From: an uncultured Gammaproteobacteria bacterium
GTDB lineage: Bacteria; Patescibacteriota; Microgenomatia; Levybacterales; UBA12049
NCBI GenBank assembly: GCA_964540055.1
Contig: CAZILC010000003.1
Location: 21,599 to 85,598, forward strand
Reading direction: 5' to 3'
Length of the DNA: 64,000 bases
Below the pieces are notes generated by a model. The model searched no databases. It saw only the letters and a list, made by a program, of their open reading frames with translations, and had not been told where the DNA came from. Positions 40,448 through 50,352 of the stretch are shown here, one piece after another. Each line of letters starts with the position of its first letter. Positions within the stretch are counted from its first letter, which is position 1. Both the position numbers and the translations under genes were made by a program.

Positions 40448-41287
40448 ATGGTATTTTATATTTATTTTCTTATTTTTATTCTGGGTGCAGCTATTGGGAG
40501 TTTTTTGGGAGTCGTTGTAGACAGACTTGCCAGCAAAGAATCTTTCTGGATGGGCAGGTCGCATTGTGACCATTGCAGACATAAATTGCAGCCGTTGGAT
40601 CTTATACCAATTTTGTCATTCTTTCTTTTACATCGTAAATGTCGGTATTGTCATAAAGAACTCAGTTTGTTTTATCCTTTTATTGAACTGCTTTCAGGTT
40701 TTTTTATTCTTCTCAGTTGCTGGGTTATATTTCAAGATTCGATTATGGCATTTTCGCAATTGTCATTGCAATTATTGGCGCTCTACTATTGTTCACTTAT
40801 CGCTTCATTGCTGGTAATATTTTTCGCTGATCTCAAATATGGCATTATTCCCTTCAAAATAGTACTTTTTTCTTTCTTACTGACGCTTATCTGGCAAATT
40901 TTGCTTCCTCATTTGGGTTTTAGTTTGTTGGCAGTGCAATTTTTGGGATTACAGACAAATCTTCTGTCAATTGTGCTTTCTGCAATTGGTGCAGGCGGAT
41001 TTTTCTTTTTAATATTTCTTTTTACCAAAGGTCGTGGGATGGGTTTTGGCGATGTTGTATATGCTTTCTTGATGGGTTTTATTTTAGGGTATCCGACGGT
41101 TATTGTCGGACTATACTTCGCTTTTGTGACAGGTGCTGTTGTTTCTCTTTTATTAGTATTTTTCAAAAAGAAAAAATTCAGAGGGGGTACTATTCCGTTT
41201 GGTCCGTTTTTAGTTCTTGGCACTATTTTAAGTTTGTTATATGGAGCACAAATGATAGATTCTGCCCTACGATTGCTGGGGATTTAA
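40448..41287 (+). CDS. pilD: Prepilin peptidase (A24)
   Basis: GSFLGVVVDRL, RSHCDHC..CRYC, FFADLKY, GMGFGD, IPFGPFL. Confidence 0.93.
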   Translation: MVFYIYFLIFILGAAIGSFLGVVVDRLASKESFWMGRSHCDHCRHKLQPLDLIPILSFFLLHRKCRYCHKELSLFYPFIELLSGFFILLSCWVIFQDSIMAFSQLSLQLLALYYCSLIASLLVIFFADLKYGIIPFKIVLFSFLLTLIWQILLPHLGFSLLAVQFLGLQTNLLSIVLSAIGAGGFFFLIFLFTKGRGMGFGDVVYAFLMGFILGYPTVIVGLYFAFVTGAVVSLLLVFFKKKKFRGGTIPFGPFLVLGTILSLLYGAQMIDSALRLLGI

Positions 41288-41330
41288 GATTTGATTTGCA
41301 GGAAGTACCATAAGTAGTAATAATAAAAGT

Positions 41331-41840
41331 ATGAAAAGAAATTCAGGTTTTACTCTGATTGAAATGATTGTTGTCATAGCTCTGTTGGGAATTATTTCAA
41401 CAGCCATTCTTGCGACAATTGATCCATTCGGACAGCTGCAGAAATCAAACGATACACGACGTAAGGCAGATCTGGAGTCTATTCAACATGCTCTTGAGTT
41501 ATATTACCAAGACAATGATAAATATCCGGATTCGAGCGCTGATTTTCAAATTTTGAATGGAGCTACGACTGTTGCCTGGGGAAGTTCATGGCAGCCTTAT
41601 ATGGCAACACTTCCCAAAGATCCATCCCTTTCCAGCTCGTATGTTTATTACTCGCCTTCAACTGCTAATGGACAAACGTATTATCTTTATGCCAATCTAC
41701 AAAGGGGCAGTAAAGATCCCCAAGCGTGTAATAAAGGAAATGCATGCGCAAGTATTGGAAGCGCGTCAGGATTTCCAGCAGCGAATGCGTGTGGTGGAAC
41801 ATGTAATTACGGGGTATCAAGTACTAATGTTTCACCGTAA
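41331..41840 (+). CDS. Type IV pilin / GspG-like pseudopilin
   Basis: G|FTLIEMIVV, DTRRKADL, ALELYY..YP, LPKDP. Confidence 0.9.
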   Translation: MKRNSGFTLIEMIVVIALLGIISTAILATIDPFGQLQKSNDTRRKADLESIQHALELYYQDNDKYPDSSADFQILNGATTVAWGSSWQPYMATLPKDPSLSSSYVYYSPSTANGQTYYLYANLQRGSKDPQACNKGNACASIGSASGFPAANACGGTCNYGVSSTNVSP

Positions 41841-41858
41841 TTAGTAGTTTGCGAAAAT

Positions 41859-42311
41859 ATGTTTTATATGCAAAGTAAAAATAAAGGCTTTACGTTAATT
41901 GAACTGCTGATTGTGCTTGCAATTATTGGTGTATTGGCGTCATTTTTGCTTGCGAATCTTATCGGCGCAAAATCCCGCGCGCGAGACGCTCAAAGGAAAT
42001 CAGATTTGCGACAAATTCAGTCAGCTCTTGAATTATATCGTTCAGATCAAGATGCATATCCTACGAACAATCTTGTCACCTGTGCCCAACCTTTTACCAA
42101 TGGCGGAGCAACATATATGAAGAAAGTTCCCTGCGATCCTTTAAACACCGGAAATTTTGTGTATACCTATAATCAGACCGGAGGTGGCTCAGGATATACT
42201 TTGGTGGCATGTTTGGAGAATGTTAATGATTCTCAAAAGGATAAACCAGCCAATGACAGTACTTATTGTAATGGCACCTCGAACTGGTCTATCACATTGA
42301 ACAATCCGTAA
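41859..42311 (+). CDS. Type IV pilin (major-pilin candidate)
   Basis: G|FTLIELLIVLAIIG, ARDAQRKSDL, ALELYRSD, VPCDP, CLEN. Confidence 0.9.
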   Translation: MFYMQSKNKGFTLIELLIVLAIIGVLASFLLANLIGAKSRARDAQRKSDLRQIQSALELYRSDQDAYPTNNLVTCAQPFTNGGATYMKKVPCDPLNTGNFVYTYNQTGGGSGYTLVACLENVNDSQKDKPANDSTYCNGTSNWSITLNNP

Positions 42312-42814
42312 TGAACAGGCTTTTTAAAAAATTTTCATCTCGCTATTTTGACTATCCAGTTTCCGCAGGCTTCACTATTTTTGAATTGTTGGCGGTTTTC
42401 GCGATTATCGGGATTATGACCTCGTTGGGAATTGCTGCATATAATTCATATAACGGTACGCAGCTTGTGCAATCAAGCGCGACTGATGTTGTAACCATGT
42501 TGAATATAGCAAAATCTCATTCTCTCGCTCAGGTAATTCCACCCAGCTGCGGAACCAATTCAGTAACCGGCTATCAGGTAGATGTAACGCCCAATGGCCA
42601 GCAATATACTCTTTCAGCCATTTGTTCGGGCAAACAGATACTCACAACCAACAATCTGCCGCCAAATATAACGTTTGCAAATAGCTCCACGCCATCAGTT
42701 TTTTTTACCATCTCTGACGGGACAGTTGCAACAGATGCGACAATAACTATTACTGGTTTCGGCAGAACAAAAAATATTACTGTCAGTCAAACAGGAAGCG
42801 TGTCTAGTAATTGA
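42311..42814 (+). CDS. Minor pilin (FimT/GspH-like)
   Basis: G|FTIFELLAV; C-terminal TKNITVSQTG. Confidence 0.85.
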   Translation: MNRLFKKFSSRYFDYPVSAGFTIFELLAVFAIIGIMTSLGIAAYNSYNGTQLVQSSATDVVTMLNIAKSHSLAQVIPPSCGTNSVTGYQVDVTPNGQQYTLSAICSGKQILTTNNLPPNITFANSSTPSVFFTISDGTVATDATITITGFGRTKNITVSQTGSVSSN

Positions 42815-42850
42815 GTTGAAATATTTGAATTTAACGGTGATAATAGAAGT

Positions 42851-43315
42851 GTGATACGTAAGAAACTCCAGAGAGGCCAGACATTAATTGAGACGTTGGC
42901 CGCATTAGCAATAATAGGTATGATTGTTTCAGCAATTGGTGTTGTCGTAACAACAGCATTAAGCAATGCTAAATATGATTCAAATATAACGCTTGCGACT
43001 AAATATGCCCAACAAGGATCTGAGCTTGTCCAGCAAATTCGAGATGATAATTACACAACCTTTCAGGGATTAAGTGGCATTTATTGTTTGAACAAGGGAC
43101 AAACAACGCTCGGATCACCGAGTAATTGTACAACACCAAATGTAGACAATTTTATTCGCACGGTAACAGTACAGCAAAACGGATGCGGTGCAAATATAGC
43201 GCAAGTTACTGTAGCGGTAACTTTCACAGATGGGAAATGTACAACTGGTGTGTATTGTCACAAGCAAACAGTTTTGACCTGTCTTTCAACAGTTAATCCA
43301 GTGCAAGTACCATGA
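42851..43315 (+). CDS. Minor pilin (PilV-like)
   Basis: G|QTLIETLAAL, ATKYAQQGSELV. Confidence 0.85.
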   Translation: MIRKKLQRGQTLIETLAALAIIGMIVSAIGVVVTTALSNAKYDSNITLATKYAQQGSELVQQIRDDNYTTFQGLSGIYCLNKGQTTLGSPSNCTTPNVDNFIRTVTVQQNGCGANIAQVTVAVTFTDGKCTTGVYCHKQTVLTCLSTVNPVQVP

Positions 43316-43851
43316 AAAAATTTCCAATTTTCAATTTTCAATTTTCAAAAACATCGGGGTTCACCCTCATTGAGATTCTTACTGCAGTTAGTATTTTGGC
43401 TGTAATTGGGACAATTACCGTTAGTGTTTTGACAATTACTCTTCGAACTACCAAGAAATCTGATCTTATGGAATTGGCAAGACAAGATAGTGATACTGCA
43501 CTCACTCAAATGGTAAAAAATATTCGTTTTGCGCAAAGTCTTGATAGTCCAAACACTTGTGTGCCATCTCAAACAGTTAATTCAATTACTTTTACCTCAG
43601 TTACAACGCATCTTCAGACAACCTATGACTGTGCAAATGGAACAATTAATGCAAATGGAAAATCTTTGTTTAATACCACTGCATTGCAAGTTACCAGCTG
43701 CTCATTTGTATGTGCTCAACCGACTTTGAAAGATCCGCCAACAATTACTATACAGTACACATTAAAGCCCGCCTCAGCAGGTTTATTTTCCGAAACGAAT
43801 TTTTCTCTCCCTTTCCAAAGCAGTGTAACCCTGAGAAACCTCAGCCAATAG
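43312..43851 (+). CDS. Minor pilin (PilW/GspJ-like)
   Basis: G|FTLIEILTAV, MVKNIRFA, C-terminal SSVTLRN; ATGA coupling to the upstream pilin. Confidence 0.85.
   Translation: MKKFPIFNFQFSKTSGFTLIEILTAVSILAVIGTITVSVLTITLRTTKKSDLMELARQDSDTALTQMVKNIRFAQSLDSPNTCVPSQTVNSITFTSVTTHLQTTYDCANGTINANGKSLFNTTALQVTSCSFVCAQPTLKDPPTITIQYTLKPASAGLFSETNFSLPFQSSVTLRNLSQ
43321..43348 (+). repeat. Heptamer tandem repeat inside the pilin leader
   Basis: TTTCCAA (TTTTCAA)x3 encoding FPIFNFQFSK. Confidence 0.85.
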
Positions 43852-43870
43852 AAAATATCCTCACACACCG

Positions 43871-43899
43871 TTGACACTATCTTAGCAAGTTGTTACGAT
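43871..43899 (+). promoter_or_regulatory. Internal sigma70 promoter for pilX-pilMNO
   Basis: TTGACA-17 nt-TACGAT. Confidence 0.6.
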
Positions 43900-43935
43900 G
43901 ATTATGGAGTAGTCTGCACTGCAGAGTATTTTAAG

Positions 43936-44757
43936 ATGGAAAGTATGCAAGATATTGAAAGAGGCCAGATATTGCTTATCGTTGTTTTGGTTATGGTGAC
44001 TGCTTTAACAATTGCTCTTTCAGTAGCCGCACGATCTATAACAAACACCCGATCATCAGATGAATCAGCGAAATCAGAGCAGGCGTTCTCAGCAGCAGAA
44101 GCAGGTATCGAAAAATCTCTCACCAGCAATACGGCCGTTACAGGATCATTTTCCAATCACGCGCAATACAAAACGACACTTGTTACTGTGGGCGGAGTAG
44201 AATTTCCTTTAAATAACAGTTCACCAATTTTGAAAGATGAACCTGCAGATTTGTGGCTGTCAACCTATCCTGGATATTCTGCACAACGGAGCGGAAATGT
44301 AACGATTTTCTGGGGTAGTTCAACTGATGTGTGTAAACCTGTTGAATCGCAAAACACAATGGCAGCGCTTGAATTAATTGTATTTAGCGGAACATTGGCA
44401 AATCCTCATACGACCAAATACGCGGTAGATCCTTGCCCTGCAAGAAGCAGTATTAATAAATTTCAAAGCATTGGACCAGGTGGTGATACCATTTTGGGAA
44501 CTGCCTATAACTATAAATATTCTTTTGTCGTAAATTCAGGATTGTTTGTCCGGATTGTGCCGATCTATGCTCCCACAATTATCGCTGCTCGCGGGTGTGA
44601 TGCCGCTAACGCCAATTGTACGCCGTTTCCAACGCAAGGAACGCTCATTCAAGCAGAAGGTACCATTTCAGACACCAAAAGAAAAATTCAGACGTATCGC
44701 TACTATCCACAACTTCCTGCCGAAATTCTTCAATATAGCTTTTTCGTTCCCAAATAA
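43936..44757 (+). CDS. PilX/GspK-like minor pilin (no Glu5)
   Basis: G|QILLIVVLVM, QAFSAAEAGIE. Confidence 0.85.
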   Translation: MESMQDIERGQILLIVVLVMVTALTIALSVAARSITNTRSSDESAKSEQAFSAAEAGIEKSLTSNTAVTGSFSNHAQYKTTLVTVGGVEFPLNNSSPILKDEPADLWLSTYPGYSAQRSGNVTIFWGSSTDVCKPVESQNTMAALELIVFSGTLANPHTTKYAVDPCPARSSINKFQSIGPGGDTILGTAYNYKYSFVVNSGLFVRIVPIYAPTIIAARGCDAANANCTPFPTQGTLIQAEGTISDTKRKIQTYRYYPQLPAEILQYSFFVPK

Positions 44758-44760
44758 TAT

Positions 44761-45798
44761 ATGAGAAGTAATGTTTTTGGACTAGACATAGGTACAACCG
44801 CTATTAAAGTAGTGTCGGTTGACCATAACAATACGTCAATTTCCTATAATACTGCTCTTTTTGCACCCACACCGGTGCAGGGTATGCAGTCGGAATCTCC
44901 GTTTGATCATCAGGAAATGGCGCAAGTTATCAACAAACTTGTGATTGATGCCAAAATTACGACAAATAATGTGGCAATTGCGATCCCTGAAAATCATGCC
45001 TATACCAAAGTGATTGAAATGCCTATGTTAAGTGATAAAGAGCTTGCAAACGCAATTTATTGGGAGGCTGAACAATATATTCCTGTTCCTTTAGATTCCG
45101 TTACACTAGCATGGAGTAAATTGCGAACGATTAAAAATATCATGCCGGAAGAAAAAATGCAGGTGCTTTTGGTGGCAGCGCAAAAAGATTTGATCAAGCG
45201 TTATCAAACTATTCTGGATCTTGCGGGACTGACAATTGTTTCAATAGAAACTGAAATTTTGGCAATTATCAGAAGTCTGGTAGCTACAGATAATACTCCT
45301 ACATCTCTTATTATCCATATTGGTGCGATGAATAGTACGTTGGGAATTATCCAAAATGGCTTGCTTGTTTTTAATTATTCAGTGCCACTGGGGGGCGTTG
45401 CATTAACCCGCGCAATTGCTTCGGATTTTGGATTGCAGCCGGAACAGGCTGAAGAATACAAACGTGTTTATGGACTTTCAGATAAAAATTTCGGAGGCAA
45501 AGTAGGAAAAGCAATTGAGCCAATTCTGATTTCACTTCTCACAGAAGTTAAAAAAGCCATGGCTTTTTACTCTGAAAAATATAAGAATGACTCCCCTATT
45601 TCACAGCTTCTTTTAACAGGAGGAAGCGCTAGTTTGCCCGGACTTCCGGTATACTTCGCGCAAAACCTTGGTGTTGAATCGGTTCTCGCAAATCCCTGGA
45701 AAATGCTAAATGTTTCCCGTGTGCCACAACAAATTGAAGCAATGGGTCCTGAATTTGCTGTCGCGATAGGACTGGCTCTAAAGGATTATGAACAGTAA
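44761..45798 (+). CDS. pilM: Type IV pilus assembly protein PilM
   Basis: GLDIGTTAIKVV, WEAEQYIP, VLLVAA, LTGGSASLPGL, AVAIGLALK. Confidence 0.93.
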   Translation: MRSNVFGLDIGTTAIKVVSVDHNNTSISYNTALFAPTPVQGMQSESPFDHQEMAQVINKLVIDAKITTNNVAIAIPENHAYTKVIEMPMLSDKELANAIYWEAEQYIPVPLDSVTLAWSKLRTIKNIMPEEKMQVLLVAAQKDLIKRYQTILDLAGLTIVSIETEILAIIRSLVATDNTPTSLIIHIGAMNSTLGIIQNGLLVFNYSVPLGGVALTRAIASDFGLQPEQAEEYKRVYGLSDKNFGGKVGKAIEPILISLLTEVKKAMAFYSEKYKNDSPISQLLLTGGSASLPGLPVYFAQNLGVESVLANPWKMLNVSRVPQQIEAMGPEFAVAIGLALKDYEQ

Positions 45799-45812
45799 TC
45801 CGTTTACATACT

Positions 45813-46352
45813 ATGAACGAAGGAATAAACCTCTTAGCACCCAATAAAAATACCGGATCTTCACAATTACTTCGCAGAATTCAAAAAATGCGATTTATGA
45901 CAATTGCTTTGCTTTTTATCATTTCTGTATCATCGGTGATTCTATTTATCCTTGTAGCGCTTTCTCCTCTTCCTACACTCCAGCGTCAAGAACAATTTCT
46001 ACGTCAGAGTTTGAATGCACAAAAAGACAGCATTGTTAAATTATCTGTTGTAGATACACAGACAACGTCGGTTGCGCAGCTCATATCAAAACGTAAAGCA
46101 TTTGATAAACAACTTGCGCTTATTCAGGATAAAGTTACCAAAGATATGACAGTTATTCAGATGCAAGTTGACAGCAATAGTCTGGTAATAACAGTTGAAA
46201 GTCCCTCGCTTAAATCTTTGGATACGTTTATCAATAATATGACTACATATGTACAAAAGAAAAATATGTTTTCGAAGGTGATTTTGGTGGATCTCACGAC
46301 TGATGAGGCAAGTAATGAATATGCGGTCTCATTGCAATTAGACTATTTATAA
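45813..46352 (+). CDS. pilN: PilN-like protein
   Basis: INLL motif, TM, coiled coil, directly after pilM. Confidence 0.8.
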   Translation: MNEGINLLAPNKNTGSSQLLRRIQKMRFMTIALLFIISVSSVILFILVALSPLPTLQRQEQFLRQSLNAQKDSIVKLSVVDTQTTSVAQLISKRKAFDKQLALIQDKVTKDMTVIQMQVDSNSLVITVESPSLKSLDTFINNMTTYVQKKNMFSKVILVDLTTDEASNEYAVSLQLDYL

Positions 46353-46353
46353 T

Positions 46354-47103
46354 ATGGAAAAAGATACATGGATTGGCAAAAAAGGATATAGATATTGGTA
46401 TTATAAATTCCGTGATTCGGAATATTATGGACTTGCAATTATTGGTTTCACCCTTCTTGTCTGTATAATTTTGTTATTTAATATCATCATTCCCGAACTC
46501 ACCCGGTGGTTTTCTATTCGTGATGAAATAGTAGCAACCAGGCAGCGTATTGCGACTCTTCAGCAAAATATTAATTTTATCAATGGTCTTGATCAAAACA
46601 CTTTACAAACGCAATTTAATACCGTTTCACATGCTCTCCCACCTACGAAGAATTTTGGTTATATGCTCAATGCCCTCTCAAATGCCGCTGCAAACTCAGG
46701 AGTTTCTCTCAGCGATTATGCTTTCCAACTAGGAACTATTACTCCACCCAAAAAGGGACAAAAAGATCCTGGCGCACAGCCAAATGGCATTTCGGCAATC
46801 GAGATTACCGTTGTTGTTAACGGAAATCTGGAAGGAATTAAAGATTTTATTAAATCGATCCAAAACAATCTCCCAATTTCTGAGGTTACCAATATTAATG
46901 GGACGGGAGACAATGTCTCAGTTAAATTGAAATTTTATCAGAAACCTTTTAACAATATTACTTTTTCAGGAGACACGCCACTTAATCCTATTTCTCCGAA
47001 AAAAGCAGAATTACTCAAGACTATGGCAAAGTGGGATAATACGTCTGTTGATAAAGGGCAATCTACCCAAAGTGGTTCGGGCTCAGCGGTTCCTCTGTTT
47101 TAA
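46354..47103 (+). CDS. pilO: PilO-like protein
   Basis: TM + coiled coil + ALP, GNLEGIKDFIKSIQ ferredoxin-like motif; directly after pilN. Confidence 0.75.
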   Translation: MEKDTWIGKKGYRYWYYKFRDSEYYGLAIIGFTLLVCIILLFNIIIPELTRWFSIRDEIVATRQRIATLQQNINFINGLDQNTLQTQFNTVSHALPPTKNFGYMLNALSNAAANSGVSLSDYAFQLGTITPPKKGQKDPGAQPNGISAIEITVVVNGNLEGIKDFIKSIQNNLPISEVTNINGTGDNVSVKLKFYQKPFNNITFSGDTPLNPISPKKAELLKTMAKWDNTSVDKGQSTQSGSGSAVPLF

Positions 47104-47106
47104 GGT

Positions 47107-47784
47107 TTATTTCAATAAATCCGGGCGGATCTTTTTTGTTTTTTCTAAGGATTTTTCTTGTCTCCATTCGGCTATCTTCTGATGGTTTCCGTTTAAAAGT
47201 ATCTCAGGGACTTCTTGGCCATCGTAAACTCTTGGATTTGTGTAATGTGGATATTCCAAAAGGCCGTCTTCTTTTGAAAAAGATTCATCTTCAACTGCGC
47301 CTTTGGTAATTGCTCCATCCAGCAGTCGAACAACGCTGTCTGCAATAACCATTGCCGGAAGCTCTCCACCTGTCAGTACAAAATCACCGATTGAAATTTC
47401 TTCATCGATATATTTCATGATTCGCTCATCAACACCTTCATAATGACCGCAAATTATAATGAGGTGATCAAGGCCTGAATAGTGTTTGGCAAGTTGCTGT
47501 TTGTACGGTTTTCCAGAAGCACTCATCAGAATAACTTTTTGATTTTTCCCCCCGGATTGTTTCGCATATTGGACTGCTTTGTGCAGCACATCTACTTTAA
47601 GTACCATTCCTATTCCCCCGCCATAGGGTGTATCATCAACCATCTTATGTGCTCCGATTCCAAAATCGCGGATATTGATATATTCGATCTCAACAATCTT
47701 TTTTTCCTGTGCACGTTTGATAATGGATTGTTCAAACGGACCTTGGAACATTTCCGGAAAAAGTGTCAGAATACTAATTTTCAT
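47107..47784 (-). CDS. trmD: tRNA (guanine-N1)-methyltransferase
   Basis: LTLFPEMF, VDDTPYGGG, CGHYEGVDER, SIGDFVLTGGE, LEYPHYT. Confidence 0.97.
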   Translation of the reverse strand: MKISILTLFPEMFQGPFEQSIIKRAQEKKIVEIEYINIRDFGIGAHKMVDDTPYGGGIGMVLKVDVLHKAVQYAKQSGGKNQKVILMSASGKPYKQQLAKHYSGLDHLIIICGHYEGVDERIMKYIDEEISIGDFVLTGGELPAMVIADSVVRLLDGAITKGAVEDESFSKEDGLLEYPHYTNPRVYDGQEVPEILLNGNHQKIAEWRQEKSLEKTKKIRPDLLK

Positions 47785-47816
47785 GCCTATATTGTAGCAG
47801 ATTTACTAAAAATACG

Positions 47817-49040
47817 TTATCTACACGTTTCTATTTTATAAAGTCTCAGTGTGCGTTTGTCATAGTCAACCAAATGGGGAAATTTGCATTGACCTGATTC
47901 TATCAATTCTGTCCGTTCTTGCATCATGGTTACATACTGCATGTTATAAGTAATTCCATCATCTCCGTCAAGTGGGTGGTTAAGATAGACTCGTTCTCCC
48001 AATACTTGCGTTTTTGGCCAGATGGCGTTGGATATTGGATCAATAGAGTACGATAAACTAAGAAAAGAGACAGCAATAAGAAGTGTTACAAAAACAGGTT
48101 TATACGGTAATTGCATAATAGTATACCCTGCAAGCAAATATACAAATGGCAGAAGCGGCAAAACGTATCTATTTATGGTGAATGTTTGAAATGCCAGAAC
48201 AGTTATGAGAAATATGATAAAGAAAATTCCAACGGGTGCAAGGTTTTTTCTAAGCTCCGTTGTTTTGATAAAAGCGAGTGATGCGAACGCAAATATCCAA
48301 TAAACCCAGTTGAAATTGAATATAAAAAGATGGAGCCAGTTTTCAAACGCGTATTTATTAAACATTTGTAATGTCACAATGTTGTTGAGCATGGTAAAAA
48401 AACTGCCTTTTTTTGCAGTTGGGCTGAAATTCCAGTCATTCCATAAATGATATCCGGAAAAGTGCACGAACTCGATATACCACGCGAGCAGTATGACTGG
48501 GATAAAAATCGGAAACCTCGCGTTTCTTTTAATTACTACATCGGTTATTATCATACTTAACGCGAAAAATATCGCTGTTTCTTTAGTCAGAACAGCAAGG
48601 GTTGCAAATACCGCATACCACACATATCGCCCGTCCAGATAGCAATAAAAAGCGACGAGAATAAGTGTCGTCATGAGAAAATCATGAATGCCGAATATGC
48701 CATTTGAAATAAAGAGTCCCGAAGTTGCAAGAAGCATGGCACCGATAAATCCGACTTTTTCATCAAACAACTTTTTTCCGATAAAATAAAGCGCGACAAC
48801 TCCTGCGATGCCGAAAAAAAGTCCGATCCAACCGGTTGATTGATAGCCAAAGAGTTTGAAAAACAGGCTGAAAAGTATGAGTTTGAGTGGTGGATGAAGG
48901 GATAACACATGAAGTAAATTTTTTCCCATATACCACTGCCAGGCAAATGAATACTCCAGTCCCCCGTCATTGCCGGGGATTAAGTTTAATGAAGGTAAAT
49001 ACAGCGTGATAAAAACAACTATGGGCAAAAGAAGATACAT
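47817..49040 (-). CDS. GT-C fold membrane glycosyltransferase (ArnT/PMT, GT39/83-like)
   Basis: HPPL motif, LAVLTKE, RYVLPLLP; many TM segments. Confidence 0.8.
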   Translation of the reverse strand: MYLLLPIVVFITLYLPSLNLIPGNDGGLEYSFAWQWYMGKNLLHVLSLHPPLKLILFSLFFKLFGYQSTGWIGLFFGIAGVVALYFIGKKLFDEKVGFIGAMLLATSGLFISNGIFGIHDFLMTTLILVAFYCYLDGRYVWYAVFATLAVLTKETAIFFALSMIITDVVIKRNARFPIFIPVILLAWYIEFVHFSGYHLWNDWNFSPTAKKGSFFTMLNNIVTLQMFNKYAFENWLHLFIFNFNWVYWIFAFASLAFIKTTELRKNLAPVGIFFIIFLITVLAFQTFTINRYVLPLLPFVYLLAGYTIMQLPYKPVFVTLLIAVSFLSLSYSIDPISNAIWPKTQVLGERVYLNHPLDGDDGITYNMQYVTMMQERTELIESGQCKFPHLVDYDKRTLRLYKIETCR

Positions 49041-49084
49041 ATAATTTTATTGTATGAGTTTATGTTGAGTTTGGCAAACAGATA

Positions 49085-49810
49085 TTATTGCGGCCAGATG
49101 ATTAGTGCGTTGTGAGTATAGTTACCCATGTAATCTATTACAACTGTGATGCAGTCGCCCCTTTTTAACGATTTTATTCCATCCATATATTTTGTAGTTG
49201 AATTAATAGTAATATCTTCACCTGAATCGTTTGGAGATGGAGATATCATAAGAACAAAATGACCTGCATCACTTTCGGTAACAGCTCCTTCTGCTATCCA
49301 TAAATCTCCTGTATTTTCTGGATAATCTTTAGGTGTTATATATAATTTTGTACCTGCTGGTAATGTCGAAGACTGAGTTAAATTAGGATACTGACCTTTA
49401 TTGAGGTTTATTAATTCATTTATCCTGGATACGTCTCCTAATTGGTTCTTTGTAATTGATAAAAGTGTATCTCCAGCTTTTACTTCATAGGTTAAAAAAT
49501 ATTTATCTTTTATAGCAGACCTACTTGCAGTGGGATAGGTTATACGTTTACAAATTGAAGGTGATAATGTTGGTGTAGGGGGAATAGGGGTCAAAGTAGG
49601 TGTTGGTTTTACAAATATTTGCACCAGACTATCAACAGGGTTTGATGTGGAATAGCTATAAGCATTATTAGGAATGGAATGGCCAACTATAAAGCCTACG
49701 GCAAATATAATAATTCCAAACGTAATTGGTGACCAATTTGGTTTATTTTTGGGAGGTATTGGTACAGGTGTTGGTTGTATCGGTGATTGAATTGGTTGAT
49801 TATTTTCCAC
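49085..49810 (-). CDS. Membrane-anchored LysM-domain protein
   Basis: TM, PT linker, YEVKAGDTLLSI...INLN...LPAGTKLYI. Confidence 0.85.
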   Translation of the reverse strand: MENNQPIQSPIQPTPVPIPPKNKPNWSPITFGIIIFAVGFIVGHSIPNNAYSYSTSNPVDSLVQIFVKPTPTLTPIPPTPTLSPSICKRITYPTASRSAIKDKYFLTYEVKAGDTLLSITKNQLGDVSRINELINLNKGQYPNLTQSSTLPAGTKLYITPKDYPENTGDLWIAEGAVTESDAGHFVLMISPSPNDSGEDITINSTTKYMDGIKSLKRGDCITVVIDYMGNYTHNALIIWPQ

Positions 49811-49863
49811 TGAATTTAGTTTTGCATAGCTATATAGATGCTGTCAATTGTGGATTGATGTAA

Positions 49864-50109
49864 TTAGGAACTCTGTTCCTGTTCTGCGAGGGAGATTTTG
49901 ATGCGGATGTCTGACTTCATGGCTTTTACTTTCATGATGTTGCGGATACTTCTTATGACTTTGCCTTCTTTACCGATAACTTTTCCCATATCTGCTGGAT
50001 CAACGGAGATGATGAGATTGGTGATGCCGTCTTCGTCGCGTTCTTCGATGGCAACAGCGTCTGGATTATCTACGATTGCTGAGACGATAAAGTGGAGTGT
50101 GTCTTTCAT
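49864..50109 (-). CDS. khpA: KH-domain RNA-binding protein KhpA
   Basis: IVDNPDAV, DMGKVIGKEGKVIRSIR; follows rpsP. Confidence 0.92.
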   Translation of the reverse strand: MKDTLHFIVSAIVDNPDAVAIEERDEDGITNLIISVDPADMGKVIGKEGKVIRSIRNIMKVKAMKSDIRIKISLAEQEQSS

Positions 50110-50336
50110 TATTTAACGATTTCCTGCATGGTCAACGATGGCTGTGCGCCTTTACTGACCCAATACTCATATTTCTTCATATCAATCTGTTTTCTTTTGT
50201 TATCTTTTGTTTTTTGATACCAGCCAAGCATGTCAATAAATCCGCCGTCTCTTTTACTTCTTTTTTCTTTCACGACGACACGGAATTTGCGTTCACCTTT
50301 TTTGCCTGTTCTTGTTAATCGAATGACTAAACTCAT
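50109..50336 (-). CDS. rpsP: 30S ribosomal protein S16
   Basis: IRLTRTGKK, RSKRDG, YWVSKGAQPS. Confidence 0.95.
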   Translation of the reverse strand: MSLVIRLTRTGKKGERKFRVVVKEKRSKRDGGFIDMLGWYQKTKDNKRKQIDMKKYEYWVSKGAQPSLTMQEIVK

Positions 50337-50352
50337 ACCTGCTATTTTACCA

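Noticed and set aside
43898-43912. Minigene ATG-ATT-ATG-GAG-TAG after the internal pil promoter
   Set aside because: Too short to distinguish from chance and out of frame with the downstream gene
24339-47103. Classical diderm type II secretion system
   Set aside because: PilT and PilMNO are present and no secretin is seen; this fits a monoderm type IV pilus
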